A stretch of 64,000 nt of DNA from the human T2T-CHM13v2.0 reference genome, Homo sapiens. A model generated the notes under the pieces. That model had not been told where the DNA came from and made no database searches. It was given only the letters and a program-made list of their open reading frames with translations. The translations under genes were made by a program, and so were the position numbers. The DNA lies in NCBI RefSeq assembly GCF_009914755.1, contig NC_060942.1; one strand, 5' to 3'. Position 1 is the stretch's first letter. Every line of letters starts with the position of its first letter. This document shows positions 1 through 13,641 of this stretch, in pieces.

Positions 1-2
1 AT

Positions 3-468
<466 letters not shown>

Positions 469-999
469 TTAAAATGAATAGTTAGGGAAGTGTTAGACGC
501 AGAAGGCTAAGACTGGGCTAAATCTATGTTATGCAGACAGACCGCAAGCTTATAGGTACAAAATTAAGGTGTGTGGGTCCTTCTCTTTTCGTCGTTAAAA
601 AATCCAACTTTCTAATAAACTTACACATGGTTTCACTGATGTTTCAGAAATTCTAGAATATGTTTGATTTCTACTGATTTCAATCAATTACTAGGCTGAT
701 TACTGAATTCGTACACTAGGCCTTTCTTCCTCTTGCATCAGTGAATTACCATCAGAAAATTGTTTATGAAGCATGTGTGAGCTGCCATAGCAAATCTGGG
801 ACCCATGCAGTTTCTAGGACAGTTGGCCCAGCCAGGTGCTCTGGTTTGGAACCCATTCTGTCTCTGAGAGGTGTCTAAAGTCAGGAGTAGGTTTCGTTTG
901 TGCCAGACTAAAGCTTCCCTCCCCAGGCTTGGTTAAATGAAGTAGGACATGTTTAATCAAATAGACAGGGTTAGATCAACCATCAGAAACAAATTCAAC

Positions 1000-1075
1000 C
1001 ATTCAACCATTCACTTATGAAATAAATATGTGTAGAGACTACCGTGTGCCTGACACTGTCCTAGGCATTGAAGAC
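1000..1075 (-). mobile_element. L2 3' end fragment
   Basis: cattcac...aataaatatg...gtgcctgacactgtcctaggc resembles reverse complement of L2 terminus. Confidence 0.5.
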
Positions 1076-1505
1076 ACTTTTAAATTAAATGTGTCTGATG
1101 TTATTTCCAGAGATGGGCATTCACTGGCTCGCATTATATTTTGGGACCATTGTAATTGTTCCAAACGGGAGCCAAATGAGCAAAACTTTGCGAAATAATT
1201 CTGAGTCCCTTGCTGGAAAGCCTCACCTGAATGCAGCCCACACATTTATGATACACTACAAAGGCTTCAAGGTCATGAGATGCCTCTGTCCAAAGAAGAA
1301 GAAGAGCACCCCTGCCTGCCCTGCATCTCTTACCACCTCTCATTTCTTCCCTCCTGGCACCATCTACTGTCAAGAAGAGAATCAGACTCCCTGAAATAAT
1401 TGAGACACTGACATTCCTTTTTGTGTGTATTTTTTTGGCAAAGGCTCTAATTGAACAGGCATTAATAGAGGGCTCTACTGTTATACAGATCACGCTCATG
1501 CACAC

Positions 1506-1861
1506 TGTATTAGTCTGTGTTTTCATGCTGCTGACAAAGACATACCCGAGACTGGGAAGAAAAAGAGGTTTAATTGGACTTACAGTTCCACATGGCTAGG
1601 GAGACCTCAGAATCATGGCGGGAGATGAAAGGCACTTCTTACATGGCATCAGCAATAGAAAATGAGGAAAAAGCCAAAGTGGAAACCCCTGATAAACCCA
1701 TCAGATCTCGTGAGACTTATTCACTATCATGAGAATAGCAGGGGAAAGACTGACCCCCATGATTCAATTACCTTTCCCTGGGTCCCTCCCACAGCACGTG
1801 GGAATTCTGTGCGATACAATTGAAGCCGAGATCTGGATGGGGACTCAGCCAAACCATATCA
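1506..1861 (-). mobile_element. THE1-type MaLR solo LTR
   Basis: tgtattagtc...ccaaaccatatca is the reverse complement of THE1 termini; 5-bp flanks cacac/catgc. Confidence 0.9.
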
Positions 1862-4800
1862 CATGCCATTTCATTTGATCCATACAACATGGGGCAAAGA
1901 TGATCGGTTTGACAAACAGAGTCTAAAGGGTTCTGGAATCGTCTGGTCCTCCAGCCACAACTCAACATGGATCTCTTAAGTCTAAAGTTCTGTCCTGTAC
2001 CTGCAGCCTCCTTTGGCCTAGTTATTTTGTGAAATCTCATGCTTCACAGTCGAATCTGTGTAGAACCTGGGTTAATCACGCCAGTATGCGATCAATATCC
2101 TCATCTCCCCATCTGCTTTGTCAGTGGATTCTGAGGGAAAACCTGTAAATTAGAGAGGGATGAGCCATATAAGAATGTCTCCTTGTGAGTGTTCATTGTG
2201 CAGAGAAAGCTGAAAATTGCAAAACCCTGTAATCATGAAATGAAAGAGAAGGAACATCTAAGTGGTAGCTTTGGGGTCAGGAAGAGGGTAGACAAACTGT
2301 CCCAACACCAAGCAGCCATCTACATGACCCAGCCACCTGATGTGGCACCAAATGACCCAGAGTCTTGAGGTTCTGAACTGTTCCCAGACTCGGGGACAAT
2401 GTGAGGACTGGGTCTTCCATGCTCCTTTTCACTCCCACTCACCCTGAGATTTTTCTCAGGTGGAATTAAACAGGGAGCCAAGTGAATAGCATTCTGTGTC
2501 TTTTCTGCTAGGTTGGCTCATTTAATGGCTTATTATGATTGCTGCCTGGATTCGTTTTGCATTCGGGATTGGAGACCTGTCATTTCTGTAGATCTCTAAG
2601 GAACACACATAGAAGGCAAAGCTTCCCTCTCCCCTTTCTACCTCTAATTACAATCCTGCTGCTCCAAATCTCTGATGATGGCATCTTCCCAGACCAGCTT
2701 TTATCTCCCCTTCCCTCCCCAGGATGATTACTGCCAGTCATTTCCAATAAAGCATTCCTGGGGACAGCTACTGACTCTGAATATGGTTTGCAAGATGAAA
2801 GGGTTCACTTGGACGTGCAGTTAAAAATCACACTCGTGCTGGGGAGGCAGCAGAGAACACAGTCACCTTGACATGTTTTCTTCCCCGGGAGACAAGCCAC
2901 TTGAGTCTAGCTTTGCTTTGTGGATCACACCATGGAGTCCTGATGAATCCTTTCATCTTAGTACAATGTGTACTTTGAATGTGAAAGTTGCCACTTGCAG
3001 CCTGTCCAGTGTTCTATCCAGCCCCAGAGGAAGTTTTGTGAAATAACATGGCAGTTAGCATGTATCGATGGCTTATCTACATATTTTTATGAACTCTTCT
3101 TAAACCTATATTTTCTGATTCAATACTTCATTGAATCAGAAGACAAAGGAATGCTAGAACTGGAAAGCAGTCTACTCTTTGTTCTGATGAGGAAATCGAA
3201 GCCTAGGTCTTCTAGAATTTACTAGACAGGTCCACATTCACAGTCCCCTCCCCTGCCTCATCAGCCATTCCCTGAGCAGACATGGGTTGTGTGTTTCTAT
3301 GTGCCAGGTGTTCTACTGGGATCTGGGGATCCAAAGAAGAATGAGGTCAGGTCCTTTCCCTGAGCTATTCTCAATGTAGGAGTTGCACAGAGGCTTAAAC
3401 AAAGACATGTATGCCTCCGCGTACTAGATGCCGGCACAGAGGCAGAGACAGCGTACCAAGAGGCCTTACTTATGCCCTTGTTTTCTTTCCAGGTGAAGAA
3501 ACACTGAGTCTTTGATGTTATGATCCTTTTTGTTACTGTTGGGAAAACATTCCTTCTGGTTTATTTTGGTGATTCAACTTCCAACAAGTTATGGATAAAA
3601 GGCGTTTCTTTGTTTTGGGAGACAACGCTGTCATAGCATTGTCTCCCAACGTCTTCCTGCTTTCACTTTGCCACTTGCCAGCATAATGAGCAGCTCAGCA
3701 TCTGTTGAGGGACTGGGAGTGGATGGTACACTTTCCAGGAATGTTGTGGAGAATTTTAATTTCTCCAAGGATCTGGGAGAAATGTTAGCTGGTTGTTCTT
3801 CAAAATGCAGGCTGGGTTAATGCTGTTTCCTTCATTGCTGCCTCACAAAAAGCCTCCTCCAAGGTCACCTCACTGCTCCTCAGTTTCCCTTCCTTTGGGA
3901 CAGGCTCAGGAAAGCCGCTCAGTGTAAATCTGTGGCGGAAGCCCCCAGGCCTTGTGAAGAGGTAGCAGAATGGGGGCATCTGCTTTCTTCTCTTCGATAT
4001 CCAAGTTTCTAAAAGGAAGAAAAGGGAGAATTACAAAGCACATGCAAGCTCACAAAAATGTAGATGGCTACTGAGGATCCTAAAGGGCCTGATCACAATT
4101 CCTCCCTTAATTTAGGGAGCCAAGTGCTTCCCAATGTGCTCTGGAAAAAACATGTGACACAAACATGCACTTAGGATATCTAAACACTGTGCATAGGATG
4201 CAAAAATGAGTCAGACTCTCGCATTCACTCCTGCACGCATTCGTCTACTCAATCAACATTCAATTTTGCGTTCCTACTGAGTGCCAGGCATCATGCTAGT
4301 CACTGACAATTCACAGAGGTGATGCTCTCCCCAGAACCTAGTTGCTTCCAGCTCAGTGAGGACACACACAGGCAAATGAGTCATGGCTGGGTTGAGCTGC
4401 AGGTTCTTTGAAGCAGGTATGGGGTGTACCATGGGGCCCAAAGGAAGAAAACACCGTCCATGGTTTGTGAGAAAGGCATGAATAATACTAAGAGGTGAGC
4501 ACTCTGGCACTTGTGGTGACCCTGGCAGCCCTCCAATGAAGGAGAATGTTGTGACCTCGGCTAGCAAAGTGTAAAAGTTTTCACTTTGACAGAGGTTGAG
4601 TTACATTCAAGTTTCTAAAGCATTCCCCAGCAATTCCCTCCAGACAGCAACTGAGCTATGAATCTGGAATTTATTTGGTAGGGACTTTTCTCTCTCAGAA
4701 ATGCAGCCAAACACCAAAGAAAAAGATCACCTTTTAAATAAAAGAAGCACATTGTACTATTTGGCAAGTGACTGGGGGCAGGTGTGTGTGTCTGTGTGTT

Positions 4801-5141
4801 AACGCACATATATGTGAAGAATTTTAATTTCTCAAAGGAGCTGGGTAAGATGCCTTTAATGTTTCATTCGACCGGGACTGTCTCTTCTTTTTCTTTCTTT
4901 CAACCAGGGAAAAGCCAATGCTGACCTGCAGCTGGGGCTGAAGTGAGCATTCTCCTATTTACCTTTCAGCCTGAGGCTATACTTTCCTTGGGAGACTGCC
5001 CTCGGTACTAGGCTAGGCCCCCCGCACACAATCACATCAATGGTTCAAAAGGGTTTTAGGCCTGCTCCCCAAGTATTCCAGACAGATTGAATAAAGGGCT
5101 TCCCCTGATAGCAAAATCCAGCTTTAATTCTGATAAAGTGC

Positions 5142-5434
5142 TTTATTTTCTGAGACAAGGTTTCGCTCTGTCGCCCAGGCTGGAGTGCAGTGGTACGATC
5201 TTGGCTCACTGCGGCCTTGACCTAATTCGGGCTCAAGCAATCCTCTTACCTCAGCCTCCTGAGTAGCTGGGACTACGGGCATGCACTGCAAGTCTGACTA
5301 ATTTTTAATTTTTTTGTAGAGACAGGGTCTCACCGTGTTGTCTAGGCTTGTCTTGAACTCCTGGGCTTAAGTGATCTGCCCATCTCAGCCTCCCAAAGTG
5401 CTGAGATTACAGTTGTGAGCCACCACGCCTGGCC
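5142..5434 (-). mobile_element. Alu (AluJ-like)
   Basis: Antisense dimeric Alu ending ...gagccaccacgcctggcc. Confidence 0.93.
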
Positions 5435-6434
5435 AAAGTACATTTTTAAAGGCTTGAGGTGAGAGGGAAAGGAGTGGAAGTGATTGTTCCGTTGAGTGTC
5501 TATTGACCCATTAAATACACCAGATAAGAACTAATCTTGTTCTACCCAGAGAACAAGTCTCTTCCTTTTCACTTTTTGGCACATTTAGCGCAGTCAAGAG
5601 CTAATTAAAGTCCTTCCCGTTTCTCAGGGCTGCCTGTCTTCCCTGTGGCACATCCTGTTCTGTTTTTTGGCTTGGCTTCCAATTGCAGCTGGATACAAAG
5701 AAGTCAGAGGTGATCTCCCACTCGTTTGGATGTGCCAGCTACTATTTTTCTAAATTTCTAGTCCCTCTCATGAGCACTGACAATCTGTGCCTGAGATTTT
5801 TCTGGTCTCTGCATAAGTTCAGGATATCTCATATGCGGCCTCTGCTCAGCAATTAGTGGCTAATATTGCTGGGTTGGGTGAAACATGGACACAGGAGCTG
5901 TACGTGTCCCCAAAGAAGGAGCTCCAAAAGCCACCCCCAAATGCGGATGGTATATTAGGAAATTTTGTTTGCAAGAGGCAATTTTTTTCTTAGATTATCT
6001 CAAATAATTCATTCTCATGACAGTATTTCTTAAACACCTGCTATGTACAAGGCACTGAGCTGGGGTAAGCTTTTTGGAAGGGGCCACATGGCAGGGGGAG
6101 AGTAATCACATAGAAACTCACAAATAGTCATAAGGCAGGACCCTGTGGAAAATGCACAGGCAGTCAGGATTCAGGAGCATGTTAGAGATGAGGGCATCTG
6201 GTCACCCCAAGACTGCAGCAATCAAGCTGGCCTCCACCGCGATGGTGATTCATTTGCTCCATCTCTCTGTTCTTTCTGCTACCCTAGCTGCCTCCATCCT
6301 TGCCGACTATTTCTGCTCACTCTACTGCTGCCTACTCGTGTCCTCTGCTAATCCTGGGGTCCATGGCCCCTGCTGCCTCATGGCCTCTGCCTGCCTCCTT
6401 TTGGTGTCCTTTCAGTTTCTTCTTATGAAATCCT

Positions 6435-6611
6435 AGCCTCCCGAGTAGCTAGGATTACAGGCTCAACACCATGCCTGGTCAGTGTTTTGATTTTTTTTAT
6501 AGATGGGGTCTCACTGTGTTGCCCAGGCTAGTCTTGAACTCCTGGCCTCAAGCAATCCTCCTGCCTCAGCCTTCCAAAGGCCTGGGATTACAGGCATGAG
6601 CCACTGGAGCC
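6435..6611 (-). mobile_element. Truncated Alu (left arm plus part of right arm)
   Basis: Antisense Alu sequence with no tail. Confidence 0.85.
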
Positions 6612-6612
6612 C

Positions 6613-7065
6613 ATTTTTAAAACCTAAATTAGATTATGTCACTCTCCTGCTCAAAATCTTTTAATGGTTCCCAGCTCACTGGGAATAAAATTCAAGGATC
6701 CCTTCATCCTCTGAGACAGACCTCACCTCCTGCTCTTCCTCTTGCTCACCCCATGCCACCCTCATCCCTGCAGTTCCTCAAACATGCAGAGTGCATTCCT
6801 GCCTCAGGACCTTCGTACTTGCTGTTCCCGTTACCTGGACCGTTTTCCCAGATATATGCATGCCACTTCAGTCATGTTTCTATTCAAAGTTTTCTTTTCA
6901 GAGAAGCCTTCCCCAGCTTTGCAGCACTTTTTGCCTCCTGACGTCACTTCTTAGTCTATTTTCTGTGTCTACACTAGTAGGTCAGACATAAGAGGACAAG
7001 GATGTTGCTGTATCCCCAGCTCACAGAACAGTGTCAATCACAATATTTGTTGGATACAATGAATG
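6613..7065 (+). mobile_element. L2 3' fragment
   Basis: gtcactctcctgctcaaaat, cctgcctcaggaccttcg, terminal aatatttgttgg...tgaatg. Confidence 0.75.
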
Positions 7066-7931
7066 GTTGGAAACGGCAGGAATTTTCTGCATGTCTCCAG
7101 GCTATGTCCCCAGTCATTGGACCATATTATTGTTAATCAATATTTCATTTTAGCCAATATCCATCCTGTTACAATTATGTGGCTGTCTGTCTCTGTCACC
7201 AGCTGGCCTTGTTTCCTGCCAAACACCTTGTCCTTAATTGTCTCAACAGCTGCCCTGTGCATTTCTCATGCCAGATACCAGCCTGAAATGCTGCCATTTC
7301 TCTGCCTGAAAAATCCTCAGGATGATTCTTCAAACCCCTGAAATGGACAATGACATTTCATGCACAGGTGCACTTTTCTAGGGGGAGGGTCCAGAGCCGT
7401 CACTCAATTTGCAAGAGGGTCCTCCACCCTCTGAAGGCTGAGGAGCTCTGATTTTAAGCAACAGCAGTCCATTCGCCTAAACCACGCTAAGCTTTCTATC
7501 TGTGTGGCAGGCCCTCTTGGGGCGCCTTCCACTGGCTGATACCTTGTGATGCCTCTGTTCTTCATACCTGAGCTGGTTTCACCAGGATGTTCTCTGTGCA
7601 CCTCTAGAAGTTTCCTCCCTTAGGCCACATTCTGAAATCTTAAGCAAAATACCACACTCCCCTACAGCGAGCAGGGTCCCTAATGGCTGCCCCCACGCGG
7701 CTGTTTTATTACTGGCAGTGAAATGGGCTGGGTCGAACCCCCTGCAACTGAAGCAGCATCGTTTGTCTGAGGTAATACCCGAGGTTGGTTGTCTCATGCC
7801 AAGGAAATCGAAGACACAGACACACAGGGAGTGGCTTTAAGAGCGGAATGTTTATCAGGCAAAAGAGAAAAGCTCCCCCGTGCAGAGGGAGGGGGTTTCT
7901 GAATGCATCTCCCGGGTTTGGGGCAAGATGC

Positions 7932-9453
7932 TGAGAGGTGACAGCGTGCTCACAGCCCTTGCAGCCCTCGCTCGCTCTCGGCGCCTCTGCCTGGGCGCCC
8001 ACTCTGGCGGCGCTGGAGGGGCCCTTCAGCCCGCCGCTGCACCGTGGGAGCCCCTTTCTGGGCTGGCCGAGGCCGGAGCCGGCTCCCTCGGCTTGCGGGG
8101 AGGTGTGGAGGGAGAGGCACGGGCGGGAACCGGGGCAGCGCACGGCGCTTGCGGGCCAGCTAGAGTTCCAGGTGGGCATGGGCTTGGCGGCCCGGCACTC
8201 GGAGCGGCCCCGGGCAGTGAGGGGCTTAGCACCCGGGACAGCAGCTGCGGAGGGTGCACCAGGTCCCCCAGCAGTGCCGGCCTACCGGCGCTGCGCTCGA
8301 TTTCTCGCCGGGCCTTAGCTGCCTCCCCACGGGGAAGGGCTCAGGCCCTGCAGCCCGCCATGCTTGAGCCCGCCCCTGCCCCCGCCGTGGGCTCCTGTGC
8401 AGTCCGAGCCTCCCCGACAAGCGCCACCCCCTGCTCCAGGGCACCCGGTCCCATCGACGGCCAAAGGGCTGAGGAGTGCGGGCGCACGGCGGGACTGGCA
8501 GGCAGCTCCACGTGCAGCACCGGTGCGGGATCCACTGGGTGAAGCCACCTGGGCTCCTGAGTCTAGTGGGGACTTGGAGAACCTTTATGTCTAGCTAAGA
8601 GATTGTAAATACACCAATCAGCACTCTGTATCTAGCTCAAGGTTTGTAAACACACCAATCAGCACCCTGTGTCTAGCTCAGGGTTTGTGGATGCAGCAAT
8701 GAGCACTCTGTATCTAGCTAATCTGGTGGGGACTTGGAGAATCTTTATGTCTAGCTAAGGGATTGTGAATACACCAATCAGCACTCTGTATCTAGCTCAA
8801 GGTTTGTAAATGCACCAATCAGCACCCTGTGTCTAGCTCAGGGTTTGTAAATATACCAATCAGCACTCTGTATCTAGCTAATCTAGTGGAGAACTTTTGT
8901 GTCTAGCTCAGGGATTGTAAACGCACCAATCAGCACCCTGTCAAAACGGACCAATAGGCTCTCTGTAAAACAGACCAATCAGCTCTCTGTAAAATGGACC
9001 AATCAGCAGGATGTGGGTGGGGCCAGATAAGGGAATAAAAGCATGCCCCCCACCCCCCCCCCAGCCGGAAGTGGCAATCTGTTTGGGTCTCCTTCTACAG
9101 TGTGGAGGTTTTATTCTTTTGCTCTTTGCTGCAAATCATGCTGCTCACTGTTCGGGTCCAGGCTGCTTTTATGAGCTGTAACACTCACTGCGAAGGTTTG
9201 TAGCTTCTCTTTTGAGGCCAGAGAGACCATGAACCCAGGGGGAGGAATGAACAACTCCAGACGCGCCTCTTTAAGAGCTGTAACACTCATCGCCTAGGTC
9301 TGCAGCTTTGCTCCTGAGCCAGCGAGACCAGGAACCCACCAGAAGGAAGAAACTCTGGACATGCCACCTTTAAGAACTGTAACACTCACCGCGAGGATCA
9401 GCAGCTTCATTCTTGAGGTCAGTGAGACCAAGAACCCACCAATTTTGGACACA
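7932..9453 (+). mobile_element. LTR12C (ERV9) solo LTR, ~1.5 kb
   Basis: Starts tgagaggtgacagcgtgct, ends accaattttggacaca; CpG-rich U3, tandem ctagct/caccaatcagcac repeats; perfect TSD atgc (7928-7931, 9454-9457). Confidence 0.95.
8590..9045 (+). promoter_or_regulatory. LTR12C enhancer/promoter: CCAAT (NF-Y) array, GATA site, AATAAA-type TATA
   Basis: Nine intact CCAAT (about 8614, 8655, 8774, 8815, 8856, 8926, 8951, 8975, 8999), cagataag about 9024, gggaataaaagc about 9031. Activity not shown by sequence. Confidence 0.7.
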
Positions 9454-9934
9454 ATGCTATTGGTTTTATAAATCAGCTTGAAGAGGCGGTGTCTGATTTA
9501 CACAGGGTATAGTGGGTTGGTTGGACCAGGTGTGCTACTTACATAGGGCACCAAGAGGCTGGCCATCCCACCCTAATCTTTTATTATGTAAATGAGGTCT
9601 TTACCTGACCAGCACCATACTGACTGCACACATGGTGCTAAAGGGAAGAGGAAACTTCCGTGTTGAATATGCGTGGCGTCCAGGTATCCCTTTTCTGTTG
9701 GCAAAGCTGCTGGTGTCACCTGTGTAGGCTTCCAGCTTGCTTATCTAGGCTTGCAGTTTGAGTTTTCAGGCTGTTTTTATGAAAAGGAAAGCCTTACCAA
9801 GGACTCCCTTACTCTCATTAACTGCCTAAATAATTTCTTTTTAGCTACTGTGTCACAGCGACACTTTTTTGACTGTTGTATCGCAGAGACGTTTTTCTGG
9901 GAAGAGCTGCCTGCCAGCTCCGGACAGAATGGAG

Positions 9935-10085
9935 TCAAGTGCATCTGGGTGGGGGAGTGAAAAATGCAGATTACCTGGCCCACCCCAGACCCATTAAATC
10001 AGAAGCTGTGGGGATGGGGCCCGCAACCTGTGTGTTAACAAACCCTCCAGGTGATTCTGATGCCTGCTCAAGTTTAGAGCTGCTG
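9935..10085. mobile_element. MER5-type hAT-Charlie fragment
   Basis: aaaatgcagatt...cccagaccc...aatcagaa...ggtgattctgatgc...aagtttagag. Confidence 0.7.
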
Positions 10086-10181
10086 GGCGGTAAGCCTGGG
10101 ACACGGCAGTTCTCGTTAGTGTGTAATGAGAGTGATGAGGGAATCAATTAGCCAATTACTCTACCTTGGAAAAGAGAGGAG

Positions 10182-10357
10182 CAGTGTGTTCTCAGCCTTG
10201 GCTGCACATTAAAAGCACCCTGAGAGCTTTTAAAAATCCCAAGGCCTGGGCCATGCCCCAGATCAATTACATAAGATTCTCCAAGGGGGACCCAGGCACT
10301 GACATGTTTACAGCACACCAGGTGATTCTAATGTGCAGCCAACACTGAGCACCACTG
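10182..10357. mobile_element. MER5-type hAT-Charlie element
   Basis: Terminal cagtg...ttctca / tgag...accactg with internal ggctgcacattaa / taatgtgcagcc inverted pair. Confidence 0.75.
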
Positions 10358-10375
10358 CAGTAAAAGAAGACATTG

Positions 10376-10848
<473 letters not shown>

Positions 10849-10887
10849 GCATCAGCAATACGCTTTGCTTTGAATGGCTTAGATAAC

Positions 10888-11437
10888 TATTTTTTGAAAT
10901 ATATTTCAATAGCTTTTGGGGTACAATTGGTTTTTGGTTATATGAATGAATTGTATAGTAGTGAAGTCTGAGATTTTAGCACAACCATCACCTAAGTAGT
11001 GTACGTTGTACCCAATATGTAGTTTTTTCTCCCTCACCCTCCCACCTTCCTTCTGAGTCTCCAAAGTCTGTTAAATCACTCTGTATGCCTTTGCTTACCC
11101 ATAGCTTAGCTCCCACTTATTAGTGAGAACATATGGTATTTGGTTTTCCACTCCTGAGTTACTTCACTTAGAATAATGGCCTCCAGCTCCATCCAGGTTG
11201 CTGCAAAAGTCATTGTATTTCATTCTTTATGGCTGAGTAGTATTCCTTGGTGTATATATACCACATTTTCTTTATCTTTGGTTGATGGGCACTTAGGTTG
11301 CTTCCATATCTTTGCAATTGTGAATTGTACGGCAGTCAACATACGTGCGCAGGTGTCTTTTTGATATAGTGACTTCTTTTCCTTTGGGCAGATACCCAGT
11401 ACTGGGCTTGCTGGATCGAATGGTAGATCTACTTTTA
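10888..11437 (-). mobile_element. L1PB/L1MA-type 3' end fragment
   Basis: catagcttagctcccacttat, gagttacttcacttagaataatggcctccagctccatcc diagnostic of older primate L1 3' ends. Confidence 0.85.
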
Positions 11438-11599
11438 GAGAACTTTATTTTAAATGGTGTACATAGAAGTCCATATCAAGTAACAAGTCATTTAGACAAA
11501 ATAGAGCTTCTTTTTTTATATCCTGTAATAAAAAATCTGAAGGCCGAGAGCCTAGAACTGGAACAGCAGCCTCACAAAGTCTTCAGCAATCCAGGCTCC

Positions 11600-11960
11600 T
11601 TCTAGATGGCCATTCTAGAAGGGTGGCCCTCAGAGTCACAGTGTAACTACTAGAACTGTCACATTCATGTCCCAGGAAGGAAAAACTTAAAGAATGAGGG
11701 ACAAAAAGAATAGCTGCTCTCTTGTTTAATCTTCTGTAAGGAATGCTCCTGGAAGCCCCAACCAGAGAGTTATGCTGAGATCTCATTGGTCAGGACTGTG
11801 ACACATGACTACCCTCAGCTGCAAGGGAGTCTGGGAAATGCAGTATTATAACTGAGCATCTTGCCATTGAGAGGAATATGGGTTCCGTTATTAAGGAAGA
11901 AGTGGGAAATGGATATTGAATAGAGAGAATGAAGATTGGGTAAGTAGCCATCAGTCCATT
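11600..11960 (-). mobile_element. Old MLT1 (J/K-like) LTR fragment
   Basis: tctcattggtcaggactgtgacacatg...cagctgcaagggagtctgggaaatg motif. Confidence 0.6.
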
Positions 11961-11962
11961 TC

Positions 11963-12439
11963 CGTATTAGTTAGAGTTCTCCAGAGAAACAGAACCAATA
12001 AGATATTTCTATAAATAGATGTATTATAAGGCATTGTTTACATGATTGTGGAGGCTGAGAAGTCCTACAGTCTTCTGTCTGCAAGCTGGAGACCCAGGAA
12101 AGCAGGTTGGAAGGCCTGAGAGGTGAAGAGCCAATGGGGTCAATTCTAATCTGGTCTAAAGGCCTCAGAATCGAGGGTGCTGAAGCTTGATGTCCCAGCT
12201 CACCCAGTCAGACAGAAAGGGAATCTTACCTTCTTCTACCTTTTTGTTCTATTCAGGCCCTCAGTGGATTGGACGAGGCCCACCCACACTGGGGAGGGCC
12301 AACTGCTTTCCTCAGTTCACCAACTCAAATGCTAACCTCTTCCATGAACAGCTTCACAGACATACCAGAAATAATGTTTAAGCAGATACATGGGCATCCT
12401 GTGGCCCCATCAAGTTGACACATAAAATCAACCATCATA
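11963..12439 (-). mobile_element. MLT2-type (ERVL) solo LTR
   Basis: gtattagttagagttctccagagaaacagaaccaata ... caagttgacacataaaatcaaccatcata. Confidence 0.85.
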
Positions 12440-12823
12440 GTGTCACAAAAATCTTCCTTGGATGTTCATGGATGAATGATTTAGGGGGATTTGTGCTACA
12501 GAACCATATTAGACTCAAAACTAGGAGAGAACTTTCCCAGAAAGCTGTGGGGCATTTAATTAATGAAAACTGCTGTGTCTACACTTTCCTTCTTTGACTG
12601 GGTAGTGGGGTTGGGTAGGGAGGGTGGTCAAGATAAGTAGGGGTGGCAGAGACAGAAAGAGACTAATCAGAGAAGTCACCAGGATTCTGAGGTGTTTGAA
12701 GTTATAATGAGGTGGGCACTTGTTTCAAGGTTTCACTGTGAATCAGTGAATTGGGGGGTAGAATCTGGAGAGAACGAGATCTGCTGTGACAAGGAGGAAT
12801 TTTTTTCTGCAAACAGTGAGTGG

Positions 12824-12960
12824 AGGGTTAATCAGGACTCTTTGGGTCATATGGAATAGAAACCCAACTTCAACTAGATTTAGCAAAAAGGAATTTATTG
12901 TCTAACCTAATTGAATAGTATGAGGAGTATGTAGAATTCAGGCATGGCTGGATCTAGGTG
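12824..12960 (-). mobile_element. MLT1K-like LTR fragment
   Basis: gaaacccaacttcaactag...aaaggaatttattg...ttcaggcatggctggatctagg. Confidence 0.55.
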
Positions 12961-13309
12961 AAAGAACCTCCAAGCTGTGGCTTCAGTTATCACCTCTCAG
13001 GTGATCCTTGGTTCTGAAGAGCCCTTAGGCAATCTGCTGTATTCCCTGTCTGTGCTTTTGTGGCCCGTCATGGTGAGCAAGTCCACTGGAATTCTCAGGT
13101 AACAGGGAATAGAGAGACACATACTATCAATGTTTTCATGTGAACATAATACCCTTATTTAAGGGAGGCAGTAGTGAGGGATGTTCATTTCCTATGTATC
13201 AGGCAAGACCAGCTGGATTCATATGGTGCAGGACTATTTGCCCTTCCCTGACTCTCTCTGGTCTCTTCTCTGAGTGAATCAGCTAATGTGATTTGTTAGC
13301 CGTTATTGA

Positions 13310-13641
<332 letters not shown>

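Larger units (their letters stand above)
7749..9855 (-). mobile_element. LTR9-type (ERV1) solo LTR, split by LTR12C
   Basis: Minus strand starts tgacacagtagctaaaaagaaattatttaggcagtt and ends cagacaaacgatgctgcttca; 4-bp flanks caac/cagc; halves 7749-7931 and 9454-9855. Confidence 0.8.

Noticed and set aside
7880-8594. GC-rich ORFs up to 220 aa and apparent CpG island
   Set aside because: Lie within the LTR12C U3; overlapping ORFs in several frames reflect GC content.
8590-9010. Regularly spaced repeats resembling a CRISPR array
   Set aside because: Standard ERV9 U3 tandem enhancer units in eukaryotic DNA; no unique spacers or cas genes.
12009-12018. Perfect MEF2 motif ctataaatag
   Set aside because: Isolated AT-rich 10-mer in an LTR's low-complexity segment; no supporting motif cluster.
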